Of a DNA stretch of 64,000 nucleotides, positions 44,573 to 59,025 are shown piece by piece. Source of the DNA: the human T2T-CHM13v2.0 reference genome, Homo sapiens. Below the pieces are notes generated by a model, which worked only from the letters and a program-made list of their open reading frames with translations, had not been told where the DNA came from and searched no databases. Position 1 is the stretch's first letter; every line of letters begins with the position of its first letter. A program made the position numbers and the translations under genes. The stretch is from the NCBI RefSeq assembly GCF_009914755.1, contig NC_060925.1; one strand, written 5' to 3'.

Positions 44573-46089
44573 CTCCTGCTTATCCAGGCACAACCCTCAG
44601 GATCAGACTGAAATTCTTCAGTCAGGCCAACCCCCAAACCAAGGGGACAGTCCTCCCTTCCCATACCCAATTCCCTTGAACAGTGAACCACCCCCATCCC
44701 CAGCTCTCTCCCCAGACAACTCTTCTCCCCGGCAGTCTCCCCTCAATCCTTGTAAAGCATTCTCTCCTCCCCTATCCCGGCTACTTTGTTCACACTTTTC
44801 TGCTCCCCAGAAATATTACTTTATCCAGCAAATGGCCTGGTTAGAAATTGAAATGCAAATAGCTATACATGAATCAGAATAGTCATTATGTTACATATAC
44901 TACAAATACGCAAACGTGAGGCCCCATAGATCGCAACCCCTCAGCCCTACTGGCCCTTGGCAGTCAACTTCAGACCCACTGCCCCAACAGTATTCACTAA
45001 ACCCACCTCTGCACCGACTCATATGGATAGATTTCACCTGCGCTGCTAATTAGGGTGGGAGGCCACTGATCACAGGGAAAATTATTCGCCTTTCCTCTTC
45101 CTTGTTATGAGGAGCAGTTACTGATGTAGGGCTCCCCTCGTATGATAAAACTTTGCACAGCTCTCTAGAATGGGAAGAACCAAATTAAACCCCTGTAGAG
45201 AATTTGGGACATCTCTATTTACGCAGCTAGGCTCGGGACAAATCTAATATTCTGTAAAGATGCTAAGCTCTGTGCAATTTGTGTGCACACCGGGCCTGGT
45301 ACAAAAGCACTCAATAAATATCTGTTGGCTGGTTGGTTACAAATAACAAAGCACCACTATATCAACTGTGTACTCATGTTATCTGCTCCACGTGTTCGTT
45401 CCTTTCTAGGTCAAGGCCTCCCATATGTTAATAGCGACCTGGCTTGAGATATTGGTGAGTTAGTGGGTGGAGGGAGCGAGGTGAAGCGATTCACAGATTT
45501 GAGACATCTAAGCCTCCCAACCTGGTCCCCATGCTCAAACCCCAGCAGAAACAGCAAAGCCCTTCACTAGTGATGTTGAACCACAGAGTGGGCAATTACC
45601 AAAGGAAGGTAGTATCGGTATAATCCACAGGGGAATTAGGAAAAGAATTAATGGCTACCTAGAATCCTTCTCACCCCTCCTTGGCCCCGTGGGATGAAAA
45701 AGCAGCCTGATGTCATGTACTCTTCTCTACTCATTACCGTCAGAGATCATTAAAGTCTCTCTCTCTTCTTTTTATTTCTTTCTTTCTTTTTCTTCCTTTC
45801 TTTCTTTTTTTCTTAATGCTATCAATATGTCTGAGTGCCCTTGACCAAGATTTCTAGGAGTTGGTTCAAAGCTGAGATCTTAATTCTTCCTTTGGTGCCC
45901 CTAAAATATAATTTACCCCTTTAGCCTAGAAATAGTTTAAAGTATAGATGGCTGAATGCTTCCAGCCCAAGAAGCAGAGCAGGGTTTCTGAGAACGGGCA
46001 GCATCTCTCCCTTTGCCACCATCCTCCTGCCCCCTATTAATGTATCCTGGGAAGGAAGAGATCTTGAGCGGTTCATTTCTGTTACAGAA

Positions 46090-46315
46090 AGATCCGGCTA
46101 GCAGAGCCTCCCTGCAGCTTACCAGGCTCCACGGAGAGCGGCCCAGGCAGGAGGGCTGGGAGCCGCCTGCAGGGAGGAGGGCAGCTGCCTCCCAGGCCCA
46201 GATCCCCACCCTCCGTACCACGGCTCCCCTTCCGGCAACCGGCAGTCTGATTCCAACTGCAGAGTGTGCCAACCTGAAGCTGCAACTTGGCGGTTGCCAG
46301 GGAAACTGCTCCCTG
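46090..46315 (-). promoter_or_regulatory. Candidate promoter/first exon (GC-rich; ETS + RFX; minus-strand donor)
   Basis: Local CpG enrichment; CCGGAAG (minus, 46229-46235); X-box GTTGCCAGGGAAAC 46293-46306; minus-strand CTG|GTAAGC at 46123/46122. Confidence 0.45.
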
Positions 46316-46625
46316 TATTTTCTGGTGGAAACTCAGAATTGGTGTGTAGCAGCTGGGTCTTGGGGAGCTTGTGCTATGTTCAAAGGAGAAGGGGTTCTCT
46401 CCTCCCATCACAAAAGCTGGAGGAGACCCCCATGAATGCCTCCATGCAAGTCTGGGCGTGAGCATTCCAAGGGGGTGAGCAGCTGGACTCAGGCAACAGT
46501 TGGGCAAAAGAGCACAATAGTAATCATAAAATACAGGTAAGAAGAATTTCCCTTTATAGACTATTTACCATGAGTCAGGCAATGGCTTAAGCATTTTAAA
46601 ATATATTATCTAATTTAGTGCTCAC

Positions 46626-47292
46626 CAGGGGTCATTAATTCACATGGTTCTGGGGCCAGTTCAGGGATGGAAAGGAGTGACTCCAGCTTGTGTGAGACAA
46701 TAAGGCTGGTGGGGACAGCAGCAGACTATGATGGGCTACAGCGGACTGGGGCAACTGCAGCCCATCAAACTGGGAAGCTAAGACTCAGCACAATTAGCCG
46801 TGCCCATCAGAACCACAGGCCCCATTATACAGACAAGGAAACTGAGGCTCAGAGGCATGCCTCTGGTTTTCCAAGACAAACTGAAAATACAGGCCAGGCA
46901 CGTTGGCTCATGCCTGTAGTCCTAACATTTTGGGAAGCCGAGGCGGGCAGATCACTGGAAGCCAGGAATTCGAGACCAGCCTGGCCAACATAGCAAAACC
47001 TTGTCTCTACTGAAAACACAAAAAAATTACCCAGCCATGGTAGTGCACACTTGTAATCCCAGCTACTCTGGAGACGCTTGAACTGGGAGGTGGAGGCTGC
47101 AGTGAGCCAAGATCGCGCCACTGCACTCCAGCCTGGGAGAGAGGGAGACTCTGCCTCAAAAAACATATATATAGATTTTGATATGCAATCTCCTGATTCT
47201 TAAATCTTGGTAACTAATTCAAAACCATGTTCCGCCCCATGCAAGTGAAACTCAACATGTCAGTGCACCCAGGCCAGTCCTTGGTCACCTAT
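46626..47292. mobile_element. MER102-like element, interrupted by Alu and MIR-like sequence
   Basis: 'caggggtcattaattcacatgg...ggggccag' and 'aatctcctgattcttaaatcttggtaactaattcaaa'. Confidence 0.5.
46892..47163 (+). mobile_element. Alu (J/S) with a short internal deletion
   Basis: Alu dimer lacking 'gctgaggcagg' in the right arm. Confidence 0.88.
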
Positions 47293-47814
47293 GTATCACC
47301 TTGGCCTTAGAACTCTCTAAAGGAGAGGGCGCAAATTCCATTTTTCAGATGGGAAAACTTAGTCTCAATGCATGGACGTGGCTGGACCAGGGCCATGCGG
47401 CTAGTGAAGGTGCCCCCTTGCTGCTCAGTGCGTGAGCTTATCTGGGCTGTCAATTATCTGAAACCCCCCTCTTGGGCTTGGGGCTCCCAGGTGCCATGGC
47501 TTGGCACCATTGCCCATGTGGAACGATGGGGCTTAAATCCAAACACTACCTCCCAACCACCGGGTGGTTGTCAGGCGCCAGGGCAGCAACTGACACACTT
47601 GGCCAAACATCAGACTTTCCTGGTGGAGCGTTTTGAAATGACCAATCCTGGGCCTCACTGCTGGAAGATTTAATCAGTCCAGCGTAGGTTCCGGGCATTG
47701 GTATGTTTTAAAAAGCATCCCCCTGTGATTCTAATGTGTAACCAAGGGTGACACCACTCAGCCAGCTCCTTGCGTAAGTGCTGAACCCAAGCTTCTGGGA
47801 ATTAGAGAATGTAG

Positions 47815-48032
47815 AAGAGTAATTAGGAACAAGGCTACTGGAGCCAGACAGACCTCAGCTGAGTCCCAGCACTGGCCCTCCCTAGCTGAGGAACTTGGGG
47901 AAATCAGTTCACCCCTTTGAGCCTCGGTGACCTCATTTCTATAACTCATGTCACTGGGTTCTCAGGGGGAATAAACATGGTTCTGTGGGGAGATATGAAG
48001 TGGTAACTGGCATACAGGAAGCACCCAATAAA
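47815..48032 (+). mobile_element. MIR
   Basis: 'ctggagccagacagacc...cccctttgagcctcggtgacctcatttctataa'. Confidence 0.72.
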
Positions 48033-48213
48033 AGTCGGTCTTCAGCTAGTACCGTCTCCACCTACAGCCACACAAATACAGCAGCAAAACGCAGTGAACC
48101 TGGGCAGAGCTGGGGGCTTAAACTGCATCCCTGTATCACCCAGGCATCCCCACCTAAAGTCAGTTCACAGCTCAGTCCCAGGAGGCCTTGGGTTCACACC
48201 CAGATGCATTTAG

Positions 48214-48227
48214 TTGCCCCCTGATGG
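48214..48227 (-). promoter_or_regulatory. Possible CTCF core motif
   Basis: Minus strand CCATCAGGGGGCAA matches CCASYAGRKGGCRS at 12/14. Confidence 0.3.
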
Positions 48228-49774
48228 ACGGACCCATCATCTTCTAGGAAATGTGGCAAAATTTCACTTCTCATTTCCCTCTCCTTTAAGCCAAATCAGG
48301 AAGAATCTGGCAGGATAACCTGACCCTACATACGCGTCCCCTTTGAAACTTTCAACAGACAATGTCCCTCCTCAACATCATCATTTCCAAACTCTTATAA
48401 CAGATATGATCTGAAACAGACAGAGGCAATTTAGAGGAAAGCATCTTAGAGATATTAATCCGGTACTTGACATCTCTAGAAAGATCTGTATTGGAGTCCA
48501 TGTTTTCATGAGCAGGTAACCCTGTAAAATTAAGATCAAAACTGTCATATCTTCTCCAAATTGAGTTATCTGGGAGAAATCCTCTCCTATTTTCCTAGAC
48601 CCTATAAGTCTTCCCTATGATAACAGATCGTTATTACCAATCAATTATTCACACACCGACGTCGAGTCACAAACCATCCCAGTGCTACACAAACCAAAAC
48701 ATTGCTTCTTCAAAACACATTTGATGGGAAAGACCAGTGCCCCCACAACCATTCCTGTTCCCGTAAGAGTTCCTTAGCTCCTTTTAGAGCTATGATTCCG
48801 AAGAACAAGTTAATGGTTACAGTTACAGCCGTGGAGGGACTGTCATCAAATACCTCTCCAAGAGTTCTGGGCTTGGGTCTCCTATCTGCTGTCATAATTG
48901 GCAAGTGTGACTTCACTGTGTCTTTACCCCAAGGATGGAAGTCCCCCTTCCAAATAGCAATTGAGTGGGGACACAGAGCTTGCATAGCAAATCTGCACTC
49001 CACAAAGTTTCATTTAAAGGAAATTTGTAGTTGCTTTATCCACACGTGCACCCTTGATGCCTACAGATTTTAGGAAGTGACTCAAGGCACACAGTCTTTC
49101 AGCAACACCAGTGTAGAACAATAGGCAAAAGGGACATTTAGCAATTACAGTAATAGTGATTTGCCATTGGCACATTTGTCCAGTAAAAGGCATAAATACG
49201 GGATCTCCAAGCTTTCTACAATTGTAGTTTCTCAGCATTTTGTTTAATTTGATAGGAAATGCCCCCACTCTTAAAGGTGCTATAGGAAATAACTTTACTT
49301 TAGAAATTACATTGAATCTACATTTCAAGATGTTTTAAAAACAGGAATATTTTTGACATCCCTGGAGATCAAAATGCCGTGTAGGAAAGTTGTGGTTGTA
49401 AATCTTCACTGGAAGAAAAAAAAAGAAGATCCCCAGGCATTTTAGAGTCATTTGCTTTATTTTACAAAGCTAGCTAGTGATAAAAGGGCAGATAACTCAG
49501 CTGTAAGATACAGGATTCTGTTGATTTCTGTTTGCTAGCCATTCCTGAGTCCACCGTGCCTTACCCAAGATCAGACACAGATTAAGTGCCCATCAGTGTT
49601 TGCTGACTGACTAGTCAACTGACCCCGATGTTTGTACAAAGGTGTTTGATGTGGGCAATAGGCTTGCCCCTTACTTATGATGTATTATATCTACAGAGAC
49701 TGGACAACTTGCCTTGAAATCAAGATTTAGGTGGCCTCTGAACAGTACATGTGCAAAAACAATTACATCAGAGA

Positions 49775-50240
<466 letters not shown>

Positions 50241-51382
50241 TAATTCATAAGCACATGAAAATTAAATTTTTAGACAGGGACTCATGGAGGTGTGGAGCTA
50301 GAAATTTGTGTCTTCAAGCCAAGTCAACTGAGGGTGAATTTTCCAGCTGCCTCTTTCCATACTTCCCATTAAAAAAAGACAACATTTTTTTCTCCAGGAT
50401 GTTTTTTTTCAGTTTGTATTCTGTTTTATCCAAATTGATAGTTGTTCACTGTCAAACAAGTAACCATTCATGCAAGAATTCCCACCTATATCTGCCTCTT
50501 ATCATTACCATAACCTTAAGGGAACCCCTCTGCTCTCTTCCTGATCTGAGATTCTCCATCTCTAAGAAGAGGGAGTGAGATTAGATGAGCTTCAATGGCC
50601 CGTTTGGCTCTGACATTCTATCCCCGATTTTACTAACAGACAGCTCTTAGTGCCCAACTTTAAATATTCCCGAGGACCCTTGCATGGCTGATCTGGCTTG
50701 CTTTAAGGAACAGTTTGTCGCCAAATTCAGAAAGCAATAAATGGCAGACCATTTGGAAGCTGAAAGAATTCATTCTGTGCTCAAGAGCTGTAGGTGGGTA
50801 GGGGAGTTTCCTGGGGATGCCTGAGTCTACAAATAATCCACACAGCAAAATAAAGCTACACAAGAAATAGCAGGGGGATGAAAAAAACGAAATCTGCCCT
50901 AGGACCAACAAAAGCAGAAATAACGTGGGCAAATAGTAAAGTCAAAATTTTAGCAGACTGCATGAAAAATATGATACAAAAAAATTAATGTGAATCTTAA
51001 GTTATCCCCAACACCTGGTAACAGCATTCATTTAGAAATAGAAAATATGGGAGACATTTGCATTGACCAATGGCCAAACCTTTGTGCATTCATTAAATCA
51101 AAGTTATTTTTAAAAGACTCCTTTGTGTATTCCAGCTATCTAAATGGGTACCAGTTAAAGGAAAAATCTTTGCAGTCCCTGGACTAAAAATCAAAATCTC
51201 CAATGTCCATAGGTGCCAGATACATAAATGAGAGAATGGCGTAGGTGTCAGAGAAGTTGGCATAGGTACATTTTTTCCACATTAAATATAAATATATTTG
51301 TAATAAATAAACAAATAATCGATATTTATAAATATATAAAAAATATAAAAGTTAGTCGTCAGCTTCCTGAAGAAATTTGGCC

Positions 51383-51426
51383 TGTGTTAGGGTTCTCCAG
51401 AGAAACAAAACCAATAGGGTGTGTGT

Positions 51427-51504
<78 letters not shown>

Positions 51505-51590
51505 TGTAAGAAATTGGCTCACATGACTAAGGAGGCTGGCAACTCCCAAGATCTGAAAGGTGAATTGGCAAGCTGGAGAGCCCATTGTGT
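51383..51590 (-). mobile_element. MLT2 LTR fragment with internal (GT)n(GA)n microsatellite (51419-51499)
   Basis: 'ttagggttctccagagaaacaaaaccaatagg...aattggctcacatga...ggaggctggcaactcccaagatctg'. Confidence 0.85.
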
Positions 51591-54149
51591 AGCTCTAGAA
51601 TGAAAAGAGTGATGGTACATGTCTGATTAATATTTGTCTTCCCAGCTCCTGCTACAGAGCCTGGAATTCAACAGTTGGTGACTGGTTGACTCCAAAGTAG
51701 AAAACCAGCCAGTGCACTAATATTATTGACCTTCATAAACCCCCTCCATTTAGAAGACCCCAAACACCTTTGCAGATTTAGCCTGAGCTGATGTGAAAGC
51801 CACCAAACTCTGATGTCCAAAGGGAAAGCAGTCTCCCCAGATCACAGTGCCACTCTTGTGATAACATACCAACATTAGAAAGAAAGAATCCCTTCTTCTT
51901 TTCAAGTTCTACAGTCACAGATTAAAACAATGCCAGCCTCCCCTTCCTAAATTCTGCAGAGAAGGCCCAGCTCCTCTCTTTGAAGGCAAAGAACTTGTCC
52001 CCAGTTGTTTTCAGTAATGATCCCACAACAGCACAAATGCTATTTGATCATCTTGTTACACTAGTCGCCAAAATGAAACACCACCAGCAAAATTTAGAAG
52101 GTAAATGGACCAGCTGGGCTCAGCTGCAAGTACCAATACTGTGTGTGTGTCAGGAGCATGCAACCTCCCAAGAAGCAAGTAAACATCTTTTTTCTTTTTA
52201 CTGCTTGTCACTCATTTACCTCCAAGATGCTTAGCAAGGATTATCGTTTGTTGGGAGGTCCTTGGATGAGCCAGCCATTGTGATAAATACAGATTGGTAA
52301 TATTGATAGATTTTTAAATGCTTTCTCAGCTGGGTACATCCAATTTCTTATTCTTTTTGAACATAGAGTCATGTTCTGTTTCTTGGTCAGATATTTGGCT
52401 GGAAGGGGGAGTCTCAGAGAATATATCTTCAGTATAAAAGAGTATCAGGTATATACAGTAGCATGTGGGCTTGTGAGCGTTTGCATATGGGAAGGAACGG
52501 TCTTCTGCCTCACGCTGGGATGTAAGCTTCTTGACGGGCTTTGATCCGCAGTTGTCTGTATTCTATCATCTAGCCTAGAGTATCTAGGTCTAGAGTAGGC
52601 TGTTCCGGTTAAGCATCTTTTTGTTGCACAGAACAGAAATCCTCTCAAATGAGCTCAAGATAAAAGTGGGGCTTATGAAAGGCATCCGCAGTCTCATGGG
52701 GCATGGAGAACCAGGAGTCTCTCTCTTCTTTCTTCATTTCACCTTTCTCATCTTTCCTCCTCTCACCTTCTCTCTGCCTCCTCTGCCCTTTGATCTTGCC
52801 CATGGCCCCAAATGGTTGCTCTAGCTCCAATGAAATGAAATGTAACCCAAGGATAAGTGATCTTTTAGCTCAAGCACCTCCTATAAACTGGAGCTTCCTT
52901 TTGTATCTCTTGGCTCAAAAGGGATCTAATTGTCCCAAATGAGTCCCTTGGGTTTTATATTCCAATCAACTGAGCTGAGCCTTGGGGGAGGGTAGCAGGA
53001 TACTGCATGTGTAGAGTTGGCTCTTCTAGTGCTGGAAGAAGACAAAGGAAATGTAGCTATTATAAAGGTGTTTGACGGCAAATGCATGTTGAATGAATAA
53101 TTCACCAACTAGAGGGCCTTTTCCCCTAACAAACAGAAGAAAAGAAATGCCTAGTTGGAGAGGAGTTAATGCCATTCCATCCTCGGAATGATGGGTCTCA
53201 CAGTCTATGCTTTAGGATGGCCAGGTTCTGGCACCTCTGGGAAAACTGCCTTCAAGCCACTGATGCTATGATCTGGAGCAAGTGGCCCATAACTCCTCTG
53301 TGCCACAGTTGCTCCATCTTTAAAATGAGACCAGAATTATCTGCCTCTCAATGTGTTTGTGAGAATGGAAACAGGCCAGTAGACGAAGAAGAAGATACTG
53401 TAAATTCCCAAGACCGGACTGCATTCTCGAGGCCAGAGCTTCCAATCCATTTCCATTGAGGGCTCAGAAAGCACATTTGTAGACTTCAGTCCTTCCCTAG
53501 TTAGAGGTAAGGATCCCCCACTGTCTCCACCCCACTCTCAACCCTGAAATAATACCCTTCAGCTGAAGGAGTCAAAAGACCTGAAACCAAGTTCCAAATC
53601 TGCGTGCAACTCCTTGTGTGACCTTGATGAAGTCACTCACCCTGTCCAGGCCTCTGTTTCCTTACAAACAATGTGAGAATTGGAGGAGAGCAAGTGACAC
53701 TCACCAGTCCAAGACCTAGGGCTGGTTCAGGGCCACATTTTAATTGCTATGCAGCAAAATTAGAAAAATAAGTCAATATGGTGAGTTTTCATAATGCCTG
53801 ACTTATTCAGTTCAAATGTCTGTACTTTATTCTGAGGTTATGCCCTCCCTTCTCTTTTTGTGGTGAATGGCCTTTCTTTAATGAAGGTAAAGACATCTTT
53901 TGTTTTAACATTCCCACTGTCCTTTCTTGAAATAAGAAGGTGGCCACCCCATATCTGCCCTCACTGCTTATTTATTTTTCATCGGTCTACAAAATCCCAA
54001 AGTATGACAATTAGTAGAGAAGGTGACCTCAGTAGTCCTTTTAAGCTCTGACAGGATCAGATTGTAAGGGCGGCATGAGGATTCCCAGACCCAGAGCCAG
54101 ATGGCCTGGGTTCAAATTCTGACCCCTTCAATGATAATAGCTACCTGCG

Positions 54150-54401
54150 AGTCAGGTGGATCACTTGAGGTCAGGAGTTTGAGACCAGCCTGGCCAACAT
54201 GATGAAACCCCATCTCTACTAAAATACAAAAATTAGCCAGGCGTGGTGGTATGTGCCTGTAATCCCAGCTACTCAGAAGGCTGAGGCAGAGAATTGCTTG
54301 AACCCAGGAAGCAGAGGTTGCAGTGAGCCGAGATCGCGCCACTGCACTCCAGCCTGGGCGACAGAGCGAGACTCCATCTCAAAATAATAATAATAAATAA
54401 T
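54150..54401 (+). mobile_element. 5'-truncated AluS within a MIR (about 54060-54495)
   Basis: Starts 'caggtggatcacttgagg'; (AAT)n tail; 'ctacctg' on both sides. Confidence 0.9.
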
Positions 54402-55108
54402 ACCTACCTGACAAGTTGTTGTGAGGATTTAGCAGGTTCAAGGATATACAGTGCTTTTGACAGTGCCTGGCACAAGGAGAGCGTCCATTAAATAACAGTG
54501 GTGGTGGTGATGATGATGATAATGATGATGTGAAGAAGGAGAAGATGGGAAAGAGGAAGAAGGAGTAAAGATGGAGAAGGGAAAGGGAAGGCAAAGGCAA
54601 GGGAGAGAGGAGTTTCCATACTGGATTCGGCTTTCTGGTTGTTATCTCAGGTATTGAATAAGTAGAAGTAACACAGCCAGGCCTTACATCCGAAATGGCA
54701 AGAACAGGAAGGTGGATGGTACCTAAGGCAGTTCTGGCTAATGGCATACTATGTTGCCCCATCAGGAAGAGAAGTGTGTGGCTGTCTGTGCCAGGGTCCC
54801 ACCATTAACACAAGCCCTCCCTGTCTAAGCTCCTCTCTGCATCAACTCCTGAGTGCTCACTCTGGAGGGAGCACCTGCTTGGTTCCATCGGCACCATCAG
54901 CCTTTCTGGGAAAAACTCCCAAACCATATTTCCCATACACTGTGGCCAGCCTGTGGATTGGCTGCCCCTGGGTCAGGTGCCCTTCACTGACCCAAACAGC
55001 TCATGGCTGAATCAGCTCATGGCTGAATCACTGAGCTATTTTAAAACTCCCAAAGAAATGGGAATATTCCGAGTGGGTAAACACTCTGGGGTTTCCCAAT
55101 AACTTCTA

Positions 55109-55730
<622 letters not shown>

Positions 55731-57069
55731 TCAAAAAGCCTCTGAAATTCCTCCTAGTTGAAGAAAAGTGGCTCCCCAGAGAGAAGGCCTTTGAAAAACC
55801 CAGGAACCTGGGAGACCCGTTTGCCTCCCCCTGGGGATGGACCCATCAAAGGCACAGAATTACTTACCAGGCAAGTGGAAGTGGCAATCTCTTAAGCTTT
55901 TATTAGGTAAGCCTCCACCCCTTTGAGGACACACGACTGCCATTCTGTTTGGCAAATAAATTGAAATCTTCCAGCTAATTTGGAGCTATTCATGCTACTA
56001 ACTTCTAATTTGGAAAAGGGTGAATTAGTTGTGAGCAATTGCCTGGGAGTCAAAGCATCTGAGACCAAATTCCAACAGCAAGGGAAGTGGAGGGAAACCA
56101 ATCTGAAATATTTGGGATACGGAAAAAGTATGCTTGCTTTCGTATTCTGGATGATTGACACTAGTTCTGAAGTTGTAGACATTTTGTAGCTTGACTCACC
56201 TGGATAAATTTGACTGTATAAACCTTAGCAAACTTCAAGATTGGCTCCGAAAGACCCATAGTCTCTTCAAGGTAGTAATAGTTATTGAGACCTATTGCGG
56301 TGGATTGTCATTGATATCCTAAGCTAGTTCTGAAATCCTCTGATTCCCTGGCTGACTTTTCTTCTGTGAGGTTTTCAGTCTCTGAAATAGCAGCAAGTAT
56401 TCAGCAAAATGTATTTCTCTCCAGTCTTGTGGGTGGTGGAACCATGAGATGGTGAAACATGGGTAGTTTCAACCTATTTCTGCAGATGTTGGGTAGTTTC
56501 AGGCTATTTCTGCAGATGTTCACTGAGCACCTACTAAGTGCAAGGAGTGCCCTGTGTTTATTTTCCAATCACTTACAGTAGATGTTTATTAATGACAGAA
56601 CTTTAATTCTTCCCACACATCCACATGGCAGTGCCTTCCAGAGATTCCCGTGGAAAGCAGGAGAAGGCTGTTTTAATGATGGGCAAGCCAAATACTCGAT
56701 TGCATAGCACTCTGGAGTGCGTTTAGTTAAGACAACTCATCTCCGAGGGGATTTGTGGAAGACAGCGTTGTGGATCATTTAAGAGGCCTTAGAAGTGGCA
56801 CTTTGACATGTTTGTTAAGTGTCAGGCAGAGGAGGACCAGGATGAGCTGTCAAATCAGAAGGACAAAAGCATCCCCACAGCTGCCAGAAGAGTCAGAGGA
56901 GGCTGCTCCCTGCACAGATGTGAAATCTGCCACTGTGGACAATTTCTGCTCCAAGCACCAAGGCCTCCAACCATAGGGTTCTCCCAATCCAATGAGAATT
57001 ACCTGCAGTCACGCCTGGATCAGCCTTTCTACCAAGTGCATTCAATCACCAGTAGCTCCTGGAGCTCTC

Positions 57070-57245
57070 CTTTGACAATCCACAAGGGTCATCTGGGGAG
57101 CTTGTTAAAAATGAAGATTCCCTGGCCTCACTCCCAGAGACTCTGATTCAGTGGCTCCATGGTGTGACCAGTAAGATGTATAAACCCATAACCCAAGGGA
57201 CTCCAGTCAGGCCTTTCCCTAGACCACATTTTGAGAATAATGGTT
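57070..57245. mobile_element. MER5A-like
   Basis: 'catctggggagcttgttaaaaatgaagattccctggcctcactcccagagactctgattcagt'. Confidence 0.75.
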
Positions 57246-57675
57246 CACAACATGCTTCTATCATGGTCTGTCTTCCAAACTCCTGGCTTGAATAGTTAGC
57301 ATTTGTACCCAGCTGTCCCAAACCTATCATGGCGAATTCATCACCTTCCTGGGTTTATCTCAGTGGATGATGCCTCCACTACTCCCATACCTAAGTCAGA
57401 AGCTTAGCCATCACTCCCAGTCACTCATCCCCATCAAGTCCTTGCTTTTCCTTACCCTCAACTCTCATCAGCTCCATCCCCTGGAGGGCAGTCAGCTCTC
57501 ACCACTCCTCCCCATCCTCTCAGCCCTGCCACAGTTCAACTGCATCACTTCTTACCCATTGACTGCAATAGCTTCCCAAATGGTCTCCTTGTCTTTAGTT
57601 TTGCTTGTGTATTTCCATATGGCTACCAACATGAGGCCTTTGGTGCCTGATTGCACTCAGAGTATGGTTCAAACT

Positions 57676-57677
<2 letters not shown>

Positions 57678-57709
<32 letters not shown>

Positions 57710-57917
57710 TCTGAGACAGAGTCTTGCTCAGCCACCCAGGCTGGAGTTGCACAATCTTGGCTCACTGCAACCACCATCTCCCGGGTTCAAGTGATTCTCC
57801 CATCTCAGCCTCCTGAGTAGCTGGGATTACAGGCACCCGCCATCATGCCCAGCCAATTTTTGTATTTTAGTAGAGACAGGTTTTCACCATGTTGGCCAGG
57901 CTGGTCTTGAACTCCTT
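57678..57917 (-). mobile_element. 5'-truncated AluS inside an L2 relic (about 57340-58090)
   Basis: Long poly-T; antisense Alu ending at 'gaactcct'. Confidence 0.9.
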
Positions 57918-58348
57918 AACATGGCATCTGAGGGCCTTAGTACTTAAGTCCTACCTTCCTATCTATTCTCAGGCCCCAGCGCACCTCTTCCTGGTTGTGA
58001 TGTTCTGAACTTAGTATTTCATTCTACAATGTTCCCTTTGTATGAATGCCCTTCCACAGTTTGTCCACCTGGTCAACTCCTACTTACTTTCTTTCCAGAA
58101 TAAGAAATAGGAAAAAATAAACCTGTGATTGTGAATCCAGGTAGCACACAGCCTAACATAGTGCCTGGAGACAGATCTTCTAGGTTTAAATCTCAGCCTC
58201 ACCACTCAATAAGTGGGCAGCACTGGGTAGGTTTTTTAATCTCCCCATGTCTCTGCATCTTCATCTTGAATATGGGATGATAATAGAAGCTACCCTGTGG
58301 GCTTGCTGTATGAACTAAATGGGTGAATGTATGTTAAATGCCATAAAA

Positions 58349-58716
<368 letters not shown>

Positions 58717-59025
58717 TTATTTTTGTTGTTGTTACATACAATATCTGTGGGAGCATAACCAAGACAGACACTATCGACAGTATTTTCTACAGGAAGAGAA
58801 TTTGGATACTGGGGGTTCAGGTTGAGAAGGAGAAACGAAAAAAAATTATTATGAAGCTTTGCATACACCAAAAGTGTATAAAAAATAAAGAACATTGGCC
58901 TACCCACCTCCTAGCTTGATAAATAGAGCATTACCCATACAGTTGGAGACCCCTAGGTATCTTCCCTAATTGTAGCATCCTTTCCTCTCCCTCCCTGCCC
59001 TTCCTTAGAAGTCAGGCTTCATGTG

